Assembly (NCBI GenBank): GCA_965237675.1
Contig: OZ250150.1
Location: 576,001-640,000 of the forward strand
Direction: 5' to 3'
DNA: 64,000 nt
Source: Candidatus Latescibacterota bacterium
GTDB taxonomy: Bacteria > Latescibacterota > UBA2968 > GCA-2709665
Shown: positions 20,373-31,039 of the stretch, in pieces
How positions within the stretch are numbered: position 1 is the stretch's first letter
Layout of the letters: each line of letters starts with the position of its first letter
Position numbers and translations under genes: made by a program
Notes under the pieces: model-generated
Told to the model about the DNA's origin: nothing
Databases searched by the model: none
Seen by the model: only the letters and a program-made list of their open reading frames with translations

Positions 20373-23288
20373 CTATTCACGTGTCCGTCCGTTTTCTTTG
20401 ACAACTGTTGAACGCCCTGGCCGCTTTTCCAGAACATTCCGCGTATATTTGCAGTTGGGCCAATGCGTACAACCGATAAACAGTCCATATTTTCCACTCT
20501 TCTCCTGCAGCCATCCAAAGCACGTCGGACATCCCTCAACGGCCTGCCGGCAGTCTCGGCAACGGTAGTTCCCATCAACTTTCGCCAGTAATCCAGTCCT
20601 GCAATGGGGACACCCGGACTGTCGATACTCGCAATATGGCCAGTGCGAACAACCGTAGAATATCCCCCTGTCCCGAGCGTTACTTCTCCGCTGCAGCCGT
20701 CCATGGATGCATTTGGGGCACGGTACATCCCGCTTCGGTTGCTTTCCATGAACCTTTACGTCATAGCCATCCTTCATCAACTCCTCGACGAAAGCCGAAG
20801 GCGTTCCGATATCGACAACGAGATAGGCGCCGCGCCTGGCGCGAGTGACCGCGACATAGAACAGGCGGCGCTCCTCGGCGTTTGGATATGCTTCTGGCGC
20901 AGCCAGAACGAGATCCAGTAGCGGGTCGTCAACGATCTCGGTGGGGAAGCCGTACTTTCCGGAGCATAGGTCGAGCACCACCACATAGTCGGCCTCAAGG
21001 CCTTTGGAGCCGTGGACAGTCATGAAAGAGAGTTGAAGATTGGAATGTGCTCGCGCCAATACGCCCATATTCTGAGGCCTGGTGTGCCTGTACCGGCCCA
21101 GCAGCAGAACCGTAGAGCGCTCCTCGTACTCGGCTGCATGAGCGGCAATTGCGTTCAACGCATCCGCCAGTGGATCGGGACACGTTTCTCGGGCGACCAT
21201 TACATGCACGCATGGTTCGTCTGAATTGAAGATAGACGAAACACGCTTACGGATCTGTGCGGGATTGCTGAGCACGAATCGGGTTGCGAGATCGGCGATA
21301 CGATCCGTGCATCTGAACGTTGTTTCCAGGTTGACTCGTTCGCTCTCGCCAAAGCGTGCCGTGAACTCTCGCATGATGGCGATGTCCGAACCCGAAAATC
21401 GGTAGATGGCCTGCCAATCGTCGCCGACCGCAAACAACTGTGCCGTGTTCGATGTGTCCAGCAACGCCTTCAGCAGTCGCGCTCTCCCGGCCGAAATATC
21501 CTGAAACTCATCGACGAGTATGTAGCCAAACCGGTTGCGGTAACGCCCACTCTGCACGTGTTCCGTCGCGTTGGTGATCATGTCGTGGAAATCGATTTTC
21601 CGCAGCCGCGCAAGCGATTCCTGGTAACGCTCATATACAGGAATGAAAACGGTCAGGAAAGCCTCGGCCCGAGGACGGTTTCGAGCCTTGGCAGCGCGAC
21701 GGGCCACGTCGTTTGCCGACAGTTGCGCACCCTTGTAGTGATGGAGGAACGTCGCAACCAGACGCGTGAAAGGATCGATTCGACCTTGCTGTTCGAGGAC
21801 GGAGAAGGTGTCCTGGGATGGGATCGGAGATAACGTTACGCCATGGACGGCCAATTTTTCCGCCAGGTTCTCGGTCAGTTTGCCCGCATCCTTTTCGTGA
21901 CTATAGGTCTCCACAAGAACCGTGCCATGTTCCGCATGCAGCCGTCGTTTCCAGTCCAATGACCTGAGATATTCGTCGCGGTCGATAAAGGGAGGCGTAT
22001 TATTCGATTCGGAGAGTGCAATATGTTCAATGTATATCCCAGCGTTGGGAAGGTAGAAGTCGGGATGGTATTGCCTCTTTTCCGACGTGGCGGTTTCGTG
22101 TTCGTAGTCGCGTTCGTACTCATAGGGCACACCGTTGAGGTAAAGGAAGTTGGCAATCTCGCATTCTTCTAAACTCTTGAGCTTCTCGCCTTGCAGGGAC
22201 CGGACCCCGTTGTCCCGGAGATAAGCCCAATACTCTCCCTGAGTCTGGAATTCGAACTCGCTTCGGTACGGAGCAAAATGCCCTGCGAACCATCTGAGCA
22301 TGACCCCGGAGAACCTGGGATCGGCGACGAGGTCGCCGACGATGCCCTTCAGCAGGTCGAACAGGGCCTGTTCATCTACCGCAGCCTTGGCCACGGCCGG
22401 ACGTCTGCGTTCCACTTCGCTGATGATCGACATGCCCAGGCTGTGGAATGTTCGTACCGTGAGTTCGGCACCCAACTGAACGCCAAGGCGTTTCCGGACC
22501 CTTTCCTTCATTTCTTCCTGGGCATCTTTGGCAAATGCAAGCAGAAGCAGTTCAGATGGGCGCCGGTAACCCTTCTGAATGAGCCAGCCCGCCTTGGCAA
22601 CGATGACTGACGTCTTGCCGCTTCCGGCGGCTGCAACGATCAGGTTGCGGTCTTCATCGACGACAACCGCTCTCCGCTGCTCGTCCGTGAGCGGCTTCGC
22701 CTCGATCCTGTCGAAGAATTCCCTGGATCGCACCAGTTCGTTGACCACAAAAGTGTCGCAGGCTCTCGCCCGACAAACTTCGGAATCATCCGAGAAGTCC
22801 TGAATCGCCTTCAGCATTCGGATTTCTGCGATGTCGGATAACTGTTCGGGCCACTGAGAAGGGAACCGCGCGACCACGTCTTTGGCATCGTGCTCGATTG
22901 GGGAAAAGACAGTATGCGCCACATACCGCGGCGGGTCGGTAAACTGCGCCAGGCGGTCATAAACGGATTGAATCGTTCCGACATGTGTATCCAGGGCGCC
23001 TCGCCACCAGTCGACTCTCGCGCGCATAAGTGCGTCGCCGAACAACTGCGCGTCCGGCTTCGACAGTCCGGATACCGTTACATTGCCAGAGGCGAAACGT
23101 ACTTGCAATCCTCCCCAGAACCACCCGAGCGCCACCTCCGCGGTCTCGATTTCCCGAAAGGGGATAACCATCGACCGGGACGGGCGTTCCAGGATCAATG
23201 TCTCACTGTTCAACGTGACCGCTCTGGCATGTCCCGGACGAAGGAACGGGAACACGTACGAGGCCAGGCCGGATCGTCCGGCGCGCAT
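20373..23288 (-). CDS. helD: UvrD-family DNA helicase IV-like protein with internal PD-(D/E)xK-like segment and C-terminal C4 zinc ribbons
   Basis: AAAGSGKT, ILVDEFQD, VGDDWQAIYRF, TVHGSKGLE, EERRLFYVAVTRA; YHPDFYL...YIEH; FYGCSHWPYC and FIGCTHWPNC. Start codon uncertain (23288-23345). Confidence 0.85.
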   Translation of the reverse strand: MRAGRSGLASYVFPFLRPGHARAVTLNSETLILERPSRSMVIPFREIETAEVALGWFWGGLQVRFASGNVTVSGLSKPDAQLFGDALMRARVDWWRGALDTHVGTIQSVYDRLAQFTDPPRYVAHTVFSPIEHDAKDVVARFPSQWPEQLSDIAEIRMLKAIQDFSDDSEVCRARACDTFVVNELVRSREFFDRIEAKPLTDEQRRAVVVDEDRNLIVAAAGSGKTSVIVAKAGWLIQKGYRRPSELLLLAFAKDAQEEMKERVRKRLGVQLGAELTVRTFHSLGMSIISEVERRRPAVAKAAVDEQALFDLLKGIVGDLVADPRFSGVMLRWFAGHFAPYRSEFEFQTQGEYWAYLRDNGVRSLQGEKLKSLEECEIANFLYLNGVPYEYERDYEHETATSEKRQYHPDFYLPNAGIYIEHIALSESNNTPPFIDRDEYLRSLDWKRRLHAEHGTVLVETYSHEKDAGKLTENLAEKLAVHGVTLSPIPSQDTFSVLEQQGRIDPFTRLVATFLHHYKGAQLSANDVARRAAKARNRPRAEAFLTVFIPVYERYQESLARLRKIDFHDMITNATEHVQSGRYRNRFGYILVDEFQDISAGRARLLKALLDTSNTAQLFAVGDDWQAIYRFSGSDIAIMREFTARFGESERVNLETTFRCTDRIADLATRFVLSNPAQIRKRVSSIFNSDEPCVHVMVARETCPDPLADALNAIAAHAAEYEERSTVLLLGRYRHTRPQNMGVLARAHSNLQLSFMTVHGSKGLEADYVVVLDLCSGKYGFPTEIVDDPLLDLVLAAPEAYPNAEERRLFYVAVTRARRGAYLVVDIGTPSAFVEELMKDGYDVKVHGKQPKRDVPCPKCIHGRLQRRSNARDRGIFYGCSHWPYCEYRQSGCPHCRTGLLAKVDGNYRCRDCRQAVEGCPTCFGWLQEKSGKYGLFIGCTHWPNCKYTRNVLEKRPGRSTVVKENGRTRE

Positions 23289-23380
23289 AGATCCCCTGGG
23301 GCCCGAATTACGACTGTGCGCACGGGCCATGTCTGTTTTCCACACATGCGAAGTACATTAGTTGACGCGGCACCTTCTCC

Positions 23381-23710
23381 TAACAGCCCGTTGAAAAAGT
23401 CCATCCGGTCTGCGGCCGGCTCTTGTGGCCGAATTACTGCGTTGCGCTTCCTCTCCGAATCCACCGATTCGGCTCGGTCGCGCGCCTTGTCTTCGGTCAC
23501 AGTGGCAAGTGTTCTGTCCCGGAAATAGATTGCCGAAATTCGGCCGCCGAGTCGCCCGGCAGGCAAGGCGCCTGAGCAAGGCGACCTGCGCAAGGTCACC
23601 GAGCGAAGGCAACGCAGCGAGACGGGATGAATCGGCGGATGAATGGTGACATATTTCCGGGACGGGACACTATACTTCGCCTGCAGAGCAACTTTTTCAA
23701 CGGACTGCTA
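23381..23710. mobile_element. 330-bp MITE containing a nested repeat-family copy
   Basis: Ends TAACAGCCCGTTGAAAAAGT / ACTTTTTCAACGGACTGCTA. Confidence 0.75.
23509..23670. repeat. Dispersed MITE-like repeat family A, copy 1
   Basis: GTGTTCTGTCCCGGAAATA...GCAACGCAGCGAGACGGGATGAATCGGCGGATGAATGGTGACATATTTCCGGGACGGGACAC; ends are inverted repeats. Confidence 0.88.
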
Positions 23711-24183
23711 AGCGTGGCCTTCAGGCACACTTGAATATTGCCCGGTAGCCTATCCGTTTCAAGCTGGGCTTTTTTATCCTGCAAACCGTATGCCAGGCTG
23801 GTCGGATATCGACTGTAAAACCAGTCGTGCAGGCGGTCGCTGCTCAGGCGCTGGGCTCCGCCTTATCGGCTGCCGCGCCCGCGTCGATTTCTGCCCTGAA
23901 GGGAGTTGTAAGGCATTCCACGATGAATTCGGCCTTTGTTTTCCGTTGACACGCTCCCACAATACCGCTTTCTTTCGCCTTCCTGCACGTGGCGTCTGCG
24001 TACAGACTCACGTGCGGTCTCGTTGCTTCCCGATGTCTCATAACCGTTGGCAATCTCTGTCGAGTATAGTGTATCTCCTCACAATGCAGTTCTGCCTCGA
24101 ATACGCGCAGTCAAGTACCCGTATGACCGTTCACGCGTATACCGTCCTCTGAAACGCTTTTTTCATCAGGGAAAGGCCAGCCA

Positions 24184-24984
24184 ATGGAAACCGTACGTGA
24201 CAGGCTCTGGATCTTTACCTGCGTGGCCGGATCGGACAACGACTCCCTCACTCAGGCCGGGTACACGCAGGGCTCGCGTATGACACCAGCCGAAGGCGCG
24301 TTGTTTCTGGATGTTCCGAACCTGCATATGATCCGGTGGCGGGGCCTGCCAGCATACCCGTACGAGCAGTATGCCGTGACCTTCTCCTCACTGAAACAGG
24401 TGACCTGGTCCATTGTGGGCAGCGGGGGCCAGGTCGAAGGCGATGAACTGCAACGAGTAATCGAACTCGCCGAAAGACATCCCAACGTCGGCGGTGTCTA
24501 CCTCGACGACTTCATGCGAAAAGAAGGCCGAGGCGCCCTCAGCGTGGATGACCTCGCCAACATACGTCCGCGATTGGGCGTTGCCGGCAGAAGACTGGAC
24601 CTCTGGGTTGTCCTCTACATCAAGCAACTCGACCTGCCCGTTGCCCCCTACCTCGAATACTGCGACGTGGTCAATCTCTGGACCTGGAACTCCGACGACC
24701 TGGAAAACCTGGAACAAAACATGGAACGCCTCGAAGCGGTGAACCCCGGCGGCCGCGTTTCCCTGGGGTGTTATCTCTGGGACTTCCATAACCAGCGCCC
24801 CGTTTCCATCCCCCACATGGAGCACCAGTGCGGCCTCGGTCTCCAGTGGCTGCGGGAAGGCCGCATTGAAAGCATCGTTTTTCTCGCCAACACCACCTGC
24901 GACATCGGTATCGACTCCGCACCCTGGACCCAGGCGTGGATCAGGAAGGTCGGCGATTTGACACTGAATCCGGCCCAGGCTTGA
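24184..24984 (+). CDS. Conserved hypothetical protein (possible TIM barrel)
   Basis: 266-aa ORF with host-like codon usage; GGVYLDDF motif. Confidence 0.75.
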   Translation: METVRDRLWIFTCVAGSDNDSLTQAGYTQGSRMTPAEGALFLDVPNLHMIRWRGLPAYPYEQYAVTFSSLKQVTWSIVGSGGQVEGDELQRVIELAERHPNVGGVYLDDFMRKEGRGALSVDDLANIRPRLGVAGRRLDLWVVLYIKQLDLPVAPYLEYCDVVNLWTWNSDDLENLEQNMERLEAVNPGGRVSLGCYLWDFHNQRPVSIPHMEHQCGLGLQWLREGRIESIVFLANTTCDIGIDSAPWTQAWIRKVGDLTLNPAQA

Positions 24985-25102
24985 ATGCGGGCACGGCGTT
25001 CGTTTCAGAAAATCCGACGCCGCCAAGCCAACAGATACAACGTGGAAATTTACAGGCCTGAAGGAGGGGTTGTCGCATTAGCGCAGATCGGAGACAGACA
25101 AT

Positions 25103-26371
25103 ATGAATAGCAGCGAGCGAATTGGGGCCAATGTCGTCAAGAGCACCCACATAAAAAGCGATGGACTTCACGCGTTCTACTCGGGAGGACAGACGTACAC
25201 GGGCGCGACCGGGGAAAGAATCGTTGAAACGGTGACCTCCGAGGTCCTCCAATGGGTGACTCACGAGGATGGGCGCACAACCCTGGATGCCTGTTACGAC
25301 GGCACCTGGCTGAGGATGTCGGAAGATAATGGATCAAACTGGACGGATTGGGGTACGCGGGTACGATTCGACATCGAAATCCCTGATGAGCAGTTGATGC
25401 CGGCGGGGCTCAGCCTGGATACGAAAAACAACATCCTGTTACGTTTTTTCCGGGGGCAGAAGGCCGACAGGAGTTGCTACGGCTACATCAACCAGGGCGC
25501 CTACCGGGCACATTACAGCGTATCCGGAGATCAGGGAGCAACCTGGAGCGATCCCGTTCAGATTGTAGACCGACGGAAAGACTATGACGCGGATTGCTGG
25601 GGTCCGGGCTTCCGCTATGGAGAGCGCGGCGCCATCCTCAACGGCAGCCACTGCATCTGGATGGAAGACGGATCGGTGCTGGCGCCCTTTACGGAGTACG
25701 AACGATTGGACGGTTCCAAGCCCTGGTATTTTCGGGTCGTCTGCGCAAGGGGATATTGGAACGGCGACAAGAGCGGGCTTGACTGGAAGTTCGGGGATTT
25801 TATCGAGGTATCTAGCGAGAAAGCCGGCGTCGGATGCTGCGAGCCAGCGATCACGGCGCTGGAATCAGGTGCGTTGTTCGTCACTATGAGATGTCAGGGA
25901 AACGAGGCAAACGGCCATTATTCCATACCCTATTCCGCCGTTTCGGAAGATGGCGGGATGAACTGGTCGCAGCCGGAGCCGCTGGTTTACGACGATGGGA
26001 CGGCCGTCTGGACCCCTGCCTCATGTACTTCCTTTCTTGAATCCTCCATAACGGGCAAAACCTACTGGATTGCCAATATCCTGGACGGCCCCGTCTTCGG
26101 GCAGACGCCTCGATATCCACTGAAAATAGCTGAATTTGACACGGATAAGGCCTGCATTCTGAAAGACTCGGTCCGGCTCATACAGGACAGGCCCGACGAT
26201 GCGCACGAAAACGTGAGATATACCAACTTCGGGTGTTACGAAGACAGACAAACGGGGAAACTGATTGTCACGCTTCCCGAGCAATATCGCCGCATGGGTT
26301 GGGACGACATGAAAAAGCCGGGGGACTTTGCGGCGGATTGTGTCAAATACACGGTGGATATTGACGGGTAG
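25103..26371 (+). CDS. Sialidase-family / BNR (Asp-box) repeat protein
   Basis: Asp-boxes SEDNGSNW, SGDQGATW and SEDGGMNW. Confidence 0.85.
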   Translation: MNSSERIGANVVKSTHIKSDGLHAFYSGGQTYTGATGERIVETVTSEVLQWVTHEDGRTTLDACYDGTWLRMSEDNGSNWTDWGTRVRFDIEIPDEQLMPAGLSLDTKNNILLRFFRGQKADRSCYGYINQGAYRAHYSVSGDQGATWSDPVQIVDRRKDYDADCWGPGFRYGERGAILNGSHCIWMEDGSVLAPFTEYERLDGSKPWYFRVVCARGYWNGDKSGLDWKFGDFIEVSSEKAGVGCCEPAITALESGALFVTMRCQGNEANGHYSIPYSAVSEDGGMNWSQPEPLVYDDGTAVWTPASCTSFLESSITGKTYWIANILDGPVFGQTPRYPLKIAEFDTDKACILKDSVRLIQDRPDDAHENVRYTNFGCYEDRQTGKLIVTLPEQYRRMGWDDMKKPGDFAADCVKYTVDIDG

Positions 26372-26577
26372 GCCGTCTGTCACCATGACCCCTGAGCCTG
26401 TCGAAGGGTCGGCGAAGGGTAGCGAAGTGCGGGCATTTCGACAGGCTCAAAGCAGGCAACGCAACCAGTGATAAATCGTTAGGTTGGCGAACCATCCCCG
26501 GGAGAGGAGGCATGATCCAGTCGCTCGACAGCGAAGAATCAGGCTGATGCTGAACGGCGTTCGGTGTATGCCGATTC

Positions 26578-26604
26578 GAGGGCGACCACAAGGGTCGCCC
26601 CTAC
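26578..26604 (-). repeat. GTAG-type REP
   Basis: Reverse complement reads GTAGGGGCGACCCTTGTGGTCGCCCTC. Confidence 0.75.
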
Positions 26605-26900
26605 TTGCGCCAAATCACGGACTCTACCAGTCCCGCGCCCGGTGGTTGTGCGAGGGGTTTTTCCGCGTTATTCCGTCCACCAACGTGGTCCTGTTGATCG
26701 TTCCTTAAGCTCGCAGGGCAACGACGCCTGGTATTTCACGTGTGGCGGTTCGCGGCGAGCGGCACCCTTCTTTTCGCCCTTTTTCTTGGGCGATGCAAGA
26801 AAAAGGGCAAGGGAATAGGGGACGTTTGGGGGGTGGTGGAGATTCTACCTCATGGTTGGTGAAACGTTCTTTGATGTGGCGGCTCTACCACAATGCGGAA

Positions 26901-28595
26901 TCACGACTTCGCGTATTTGGAGATGAGATCGACAGTGGCCTCATCTCCTTTTTTCTGCGCCCAGGCGAGGGGCGTGGCCCACCCGGCGCCGGCCAGCGTG
27001 GGATCGGCCCCGCGTTCGAGGTACAATCGGACCAGATCGTACTTGCCCCACCGGACCGCCCAGCCGAGCGGGGTGGACTGAAGGAGTTCGTCGATGACGT
27101 TCAGATCGGCGCCGTGGTCGAGGAGGATGGTGGCAAAGGTGATCCGTTCGGGTTCGGTCATAATGGGTTGTCCCCACACAATGCCACAGGCCGCCAGATG
27201 ATGAGCAAGCCGGTACCCGAAACGACCCACGAGATTGGGGCTGACGCCATGGTCCAGAATCATGCGGAAAATTTCAGGATAAACCGTGCGGTCAAACTCG
27301 CGGAACTTGCGGTGCGGATTGGTGCGCCAGAGTCGAAGGGGCTGCTCGAGCAGGCCGAACCAGCGACGGTCTTCTGGCACCCAATCGAGTTGCCGCAGGC
27401 ACATTCCCACAATATCGGGGTCGCCGCCGCATCCGGCCGCCCAGAGCAGCTTTTCTGCTATCGACGGGTCGTTGTGGAGGGCGACTGCGGCGGCGGCGGT
27501 TTCAGCTTCCAGTCCGATGGTGACGTGATCCAGACCGCCGCCGTATCGAAACAGTAATCCCTTCATCCGATCGTCGCGGTTATTGTACGCCGCGCCCACG
27601 GGATTGGCGCTGGCATAAATGCTGGCGTTGGGGTCGGCCCCCCGTTCGAGCAGGAGTTCTGCAATATCGTACTGTGAATTTTCGGCTGCGCGAGCGAGGG
27701 GTTGGCCCCAGGAATAGGGTTTGGATTCGTAGTGGTGCAGTTGATGCCGGTCGTCGGGATCCAGACCCAGATCAAGCAAAAGACGCAGCATATCGATATT
27801 GTCGTTTTGGACGGCGATCGCCAGAAGACCGTCTCGCTCGCTGTCGTTGGATTGAAAGCGTTCGGGATGGTCTTCGGCAAATGAGCGAACATACTCCATA
27901 TCCCCGAGAGCGACGGCGGATTCGATGGATTGCTCGCATCCGGCCTGGAGCAGAATCCCCGCGCAGACCAGACACCCTTCGTTGAGCGGCCTGTTTCGGC
28001 CGCGAATATTGTGCACGGCGCCGTCCAGAGGCGACTGCCCCTCGGGCGTGAGATGGGTGATATCGGCGCCGCGTCCGAGCAGTTCAAGAACGAGTTGGTA
28101 TCGGCCGTGAGATGCGGCCGCGTGAATAACGCTGCCGCCATTGCGATGGCAGGCGTCCAGCAGATCGGGTTGCCGGTTCAGGATTCGCAGCGCATCCCGG
28201 TCCCGGCCCTCGCGAACGGCCTCGAAGAGCGCATCATTTTCGTCGGTAATCGTGATGTTCTTGCATGCAGCCAGCTTGCGTTTTTCATCCTCTTCCCTGA
28301 TGATATGAACAATGTCGACCAAGTCGCGTTCACGTGCCATGGTAAGCGCTGCGGTCGCATCCCGGTGTGGATAGATGCCCGCGTTTTGATCGGCCCCTGC
28401 TTCCATAAGGACCCGGACGGCATCGGCGTGCTGATACATCACCGCATAGTGAATCGCCATATGTTCGTTGTTTTCCGCCATGTGTACATTGACCAGATCG
28501 GGCTGCACATCGAGGATACGTCGGATTCTCGAGACATCCCCCTTCGCCGCAGCTTTACATAGATCAGCGACCCTGTAGATTCCATTTGTCGTCAT
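26901..28595 (-). CDS. Ankyrin repeat protein
   Basis: Many repeats of the type TPLGWAV...LVRLYLERGADP and VIHAAASHG...LLGRGAD. Confidence 0.93.
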   Translation of the reverse strand: MTTNGIYRVADLCKAAAKGDVSRIRRILDVQPDLVNVHMAENNEHMAIHYAVMYQHADAVRVLMEAGADQNAGIYPHRDATAALTMARERDLVDIVHIIREEDEKRKLAACKNITITDENDALFEAVREGRDRDALRILNRQPDLLDACHRNGGSVIHAAASHGRYQLVLELLGRGADITHLTPEGQSPLDGAVHNIRGRNRPLNEGCLVCAGILLQAGCEQSIESAVALGDMEYVRSFAEDHPERFQSNDSERDGLLAIAVQNDNIDMLRLLLDLGLDPDDRHQLHHYESKPYSWGQPLARAAENSQYDIAELLLERGADPNASIYASANPVGAAYNNRDDRMKGLLFRYGGGLDHVTIGLEAETAAAAVALHNDPSIAEKLLWAAGCGGDPDIVGMCLRQLDWVPEDRRWFGLLEQPLRLWRTNPHRKFREFDRTVYPEIFRMILDHGVSPNLVGRFGYRLAHHLAACGIVWGQPIMTEPERITFATILLDHGADLNVIDELLQSTPLGWAVRWGKYDLVRLYLERGADPTLAGAGWATPLAWAQKKGDEATVDLISKYAKS

Positions 28596-28708
28596 TTCTG
28601 TTCCTTTCCGGGTTTACCCTTCATCCGATACCGCGAGCGACAACCCTCATCGCCTGCGTTCAAACCTGAACACGAAATCCGGTAACCGCAGGTCTCGCCT
28701 CGAGCCGG

Positions 28709-28954
28709 TCAAAGGCCGTATTCGAACGTGAGTTCCCTCGCAACATCCGTCCGCTCCACACTCCGTTTGATATCCTCCATCATTTCCAGCCACCTGTGTT
28801 TCTTGAATTTTCCGAAGTCAAGGACAAATCCAGGAAGCGCGCTTTGCCACCGGATGCGCCCGCACCCGTCAATATCCTTCTTCATGATCCGGTAAACGCG
28901 GTCGGCGTGTGGACGAAAGGTGTCGTAGCTCATTTCATAGCGGATAGAGAGCAC
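28709..28954 (-). pseudogene. Chimeric gene remnant; 5' part resembles a MacB-type ABC permease
   Basis: IRYEMSYDTFRPHADRVYRI resembles the permease 'ELSYDRFH..ADRIYR' motif. Abuts a repeat end. Confidence 0.45.
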
Positions 28955-28959
28955 AATGA

Positions 28960-29016
28960 GCAGCGAGACGGAATGAAACGGCGGATGAATGGTGACATAT
29001 TTCTGGGAAGGGACAC
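28960..29016. repeat. Repeat family A, right-end fragment
   Basis: GCAGCGAGACGGAATGAAACGGCGGATGAATGGTGACATATTTCTGGGAAGGGACAC. Confidence 0.85.
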
Positions 29017-29018
29017 GA

Positions 29019-29139
29019 GGAGCCTGTCGGAGAACCCTAATTTTGGTCGACCTTCATACAATACTTAGAACTATTATTCCTTTATGACACTATATATTGT
29101 ATGCAAGACGATGCTGGCACAGGGTTTCCGACAGGCTCC
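29019..29139. mobile_element. 121-bp MITE
   Basis: Ends GGAGCCTGTCGGAGAACCCT / AGGGTTTCCGACAGGCTCC around an AT-rich core. Confidence 0.75.
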
Positions 29140-29145
29140 CAGGTT

Positions 29146-29934
29146 TCAGGACATCCAAACATAAACCCGTTTGTAGTAGGCGATCTCAAATCCATTTCGT
29201 TTAAGGTTCCCCAATGATGTCTTGAGCATCGAAAGTGTCTCGCTACAGGCCACACGACAACCCAGTTCGCCGGCACGGTTCAGGCGCGCTCTAATGAGTG
29301 CATTCTGACCGCCTTTTCTTCTGTACGCCTCGGCGGTTCCTGCCCATCCGAGATAGGCGAAGTCGCCGTGATGGGCGAGTATCGCGGCGCTGACAGGCGT
29401 ACCCCCGTCATACGCCAGGAAATGGTCGAATCCGGGGTGATCGACGCTTTCAAGGAAAAACGTGCAGGGCCATGGATCGAATATGCGGAGAATCGCATCC
29501 CCCTGATTCTCAACCTCATGCCCCGATACGCGGCGCACGTCAAGATGGGTCTGGAAAGGCGCCACTTTTTCGACGGTACGAATCAGCGTTGGATACCGGG
29601 TGCCTCTAAATGGTTTGAGACGGTCGCCACCTAGCCACCCGTTGATTTCCTCTTCCTGGGGATTCGGGCTCAGCCAGAAGAAAAATCGCTCGACCCCCGA
29701 TTGCCCGAATACGTCCAATATCTTCCTGAAATCGGCGCGGGTGACCGTTGTCCCGCATCCGAAGTAATACACGCCGTTTCCATTTGACGATGGATAAGGC
29801 GATGAAGCAGAAGGTGGATCGACCGTGACGATGGCGTTTCCGACGATCTTATGGATCTTCGAACCGGGCGGCGCACAGCCGAGTTCCTTGTGCTTGATCT
29901 CCGTCAGAAGTTGCGCGATTTCATCGGGTCTCAT
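29146..29934 (-). CDS. GNAT-family acetyltransferase-like protein
   Basis: AYLGWAGTAEAYRRKGGQNALIRARL...SLGNLKRNGF. Confidence 0.85.
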   Translation of the reverse strand: MRPDEIAQLLTEIKHKELGCAPPGSKIHKIVGNAIVTVDPPSASSPYPSSNGNGVYYFGCGTTVTRADFRKILDVFGQSGVERFFFWLSPNPQEEEINGWLGGDRLKPFRGTRYPTLIRTVEKVAPFQTHLDVRRVSGHEVENQGDAILRIFDPWPCTFFLESVDHPGFDHFLAYDGGTPVSAAILAHHGDFAYLGWAGTAEAYRRKGGQNALIRARLNRAGELGCRVACSETLSMLKTSLGNLKRNGFEIAYYKRVYVWMS

Positions 29935-29948
29935 GTTGGGGTCGAGAA

Positions 29949-30256
29949 CTATCTCTCGTCGAGATGGGGTTTCAGAAACTGTCCCGTAAATGACTGCCGA
30001 ACCGCGGCAACCGCCTCCGGTGGGCCGGTCGCGACAACGCGCGCGCCGTGCACCCCGGGTCCGGGGCCCATTTCGATGATATGATCGGCGGCGCGTATGG
30101 TATCCTCGTCGTGCTCGACGACGATGACCGTGTTGCCGATGTCTCGAAGTCGCCGCATGGTGCTGATCATCTTGGCGTTGTCTTTCGTGTGCAAACCGAT
30201 GCTGGGCTCATCGAGTACGTACAACATGCCCATGAGCCCCGAGCCGATCTGCGTGG
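29949..30256 (-). pseudogene. uvrA: Internal fragment of excinuclease ABC subunit A
   Basis: [22 protein letters not shown]...[31 protein letters not shown]; only ~100 aa. Confidence 0.9.
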
Positions 30257-30493
30257 AATGCGTTGCGCCTGGATGTTGACGTCATCTTCGCATAGTGTAA
30301 CATGGCCCCGTTTTTCCCCGTCCTGCATAATGATCCACAGGTCGATATCCGAGTTCTCCCAGACTTCGTCGTAGGACAGACTGCCAAAGAGTATAGCCGC
30401 GAGTACCGTTCGGTCTTTTTCAAGTTTTTCGACCAGAGACAATAGTGCTTTCTGGTAGCGCCTCTGGATGACTTCCGGCGCGACAGGAGACAT
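30251..30493 (-). pseudogene. Truncated nucleotidyltransferase-domain gene
   Basis: AAILFGSLSYDEVWENSDIDL (GS...DxD) with an RBS; cut where the uvrA fragment begins. Confidence 0.75.
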
Positions 30494-31039
30494 GGTAACT
30501 CCACCATTATATAATATATGGGAAGGAGCACATGATATACGCAGGTTCGAATCAGGTGTCAAGGTCAATTCCGGGAAAACGCTGGCATCCGGGCGGCACA
30601 CTCACCAATCGCATGCTCCTGGTCAAATAACGTCACGCCCAAACCGGGCGTACTGTCACAAAACCGGGCGATCGACACACCGATCGCCCGGTTCAATTTG
30701 TCGAATCCCTGCGGACCGTTATGCTACAGGCATCTCCTGGAGTGTCGCATGCAAAACCAACCGATTTTTCGAATTACCGCCGAAAGACCCCGAAGAACTC
30801 TTCATCCGCACCGCCATTGCCCAAGTCGTATGTGAATGCCGTGAAACATGCCGATTAGTTGCTCGCGGTTTCTGATACAATACGGGCGAAATGCCACCTG
30901 CACGATACACACTCTCCCCATTTTTGGATAGAAGCGAAATTTTTAGATTAATTCCCGCGCGACCGACGATGGATCCTCTAAATTCAAAAATTCGTACGAC
31001 AATGTATTAATTCTCACGTAATTGGAAAGTTTAACGATA

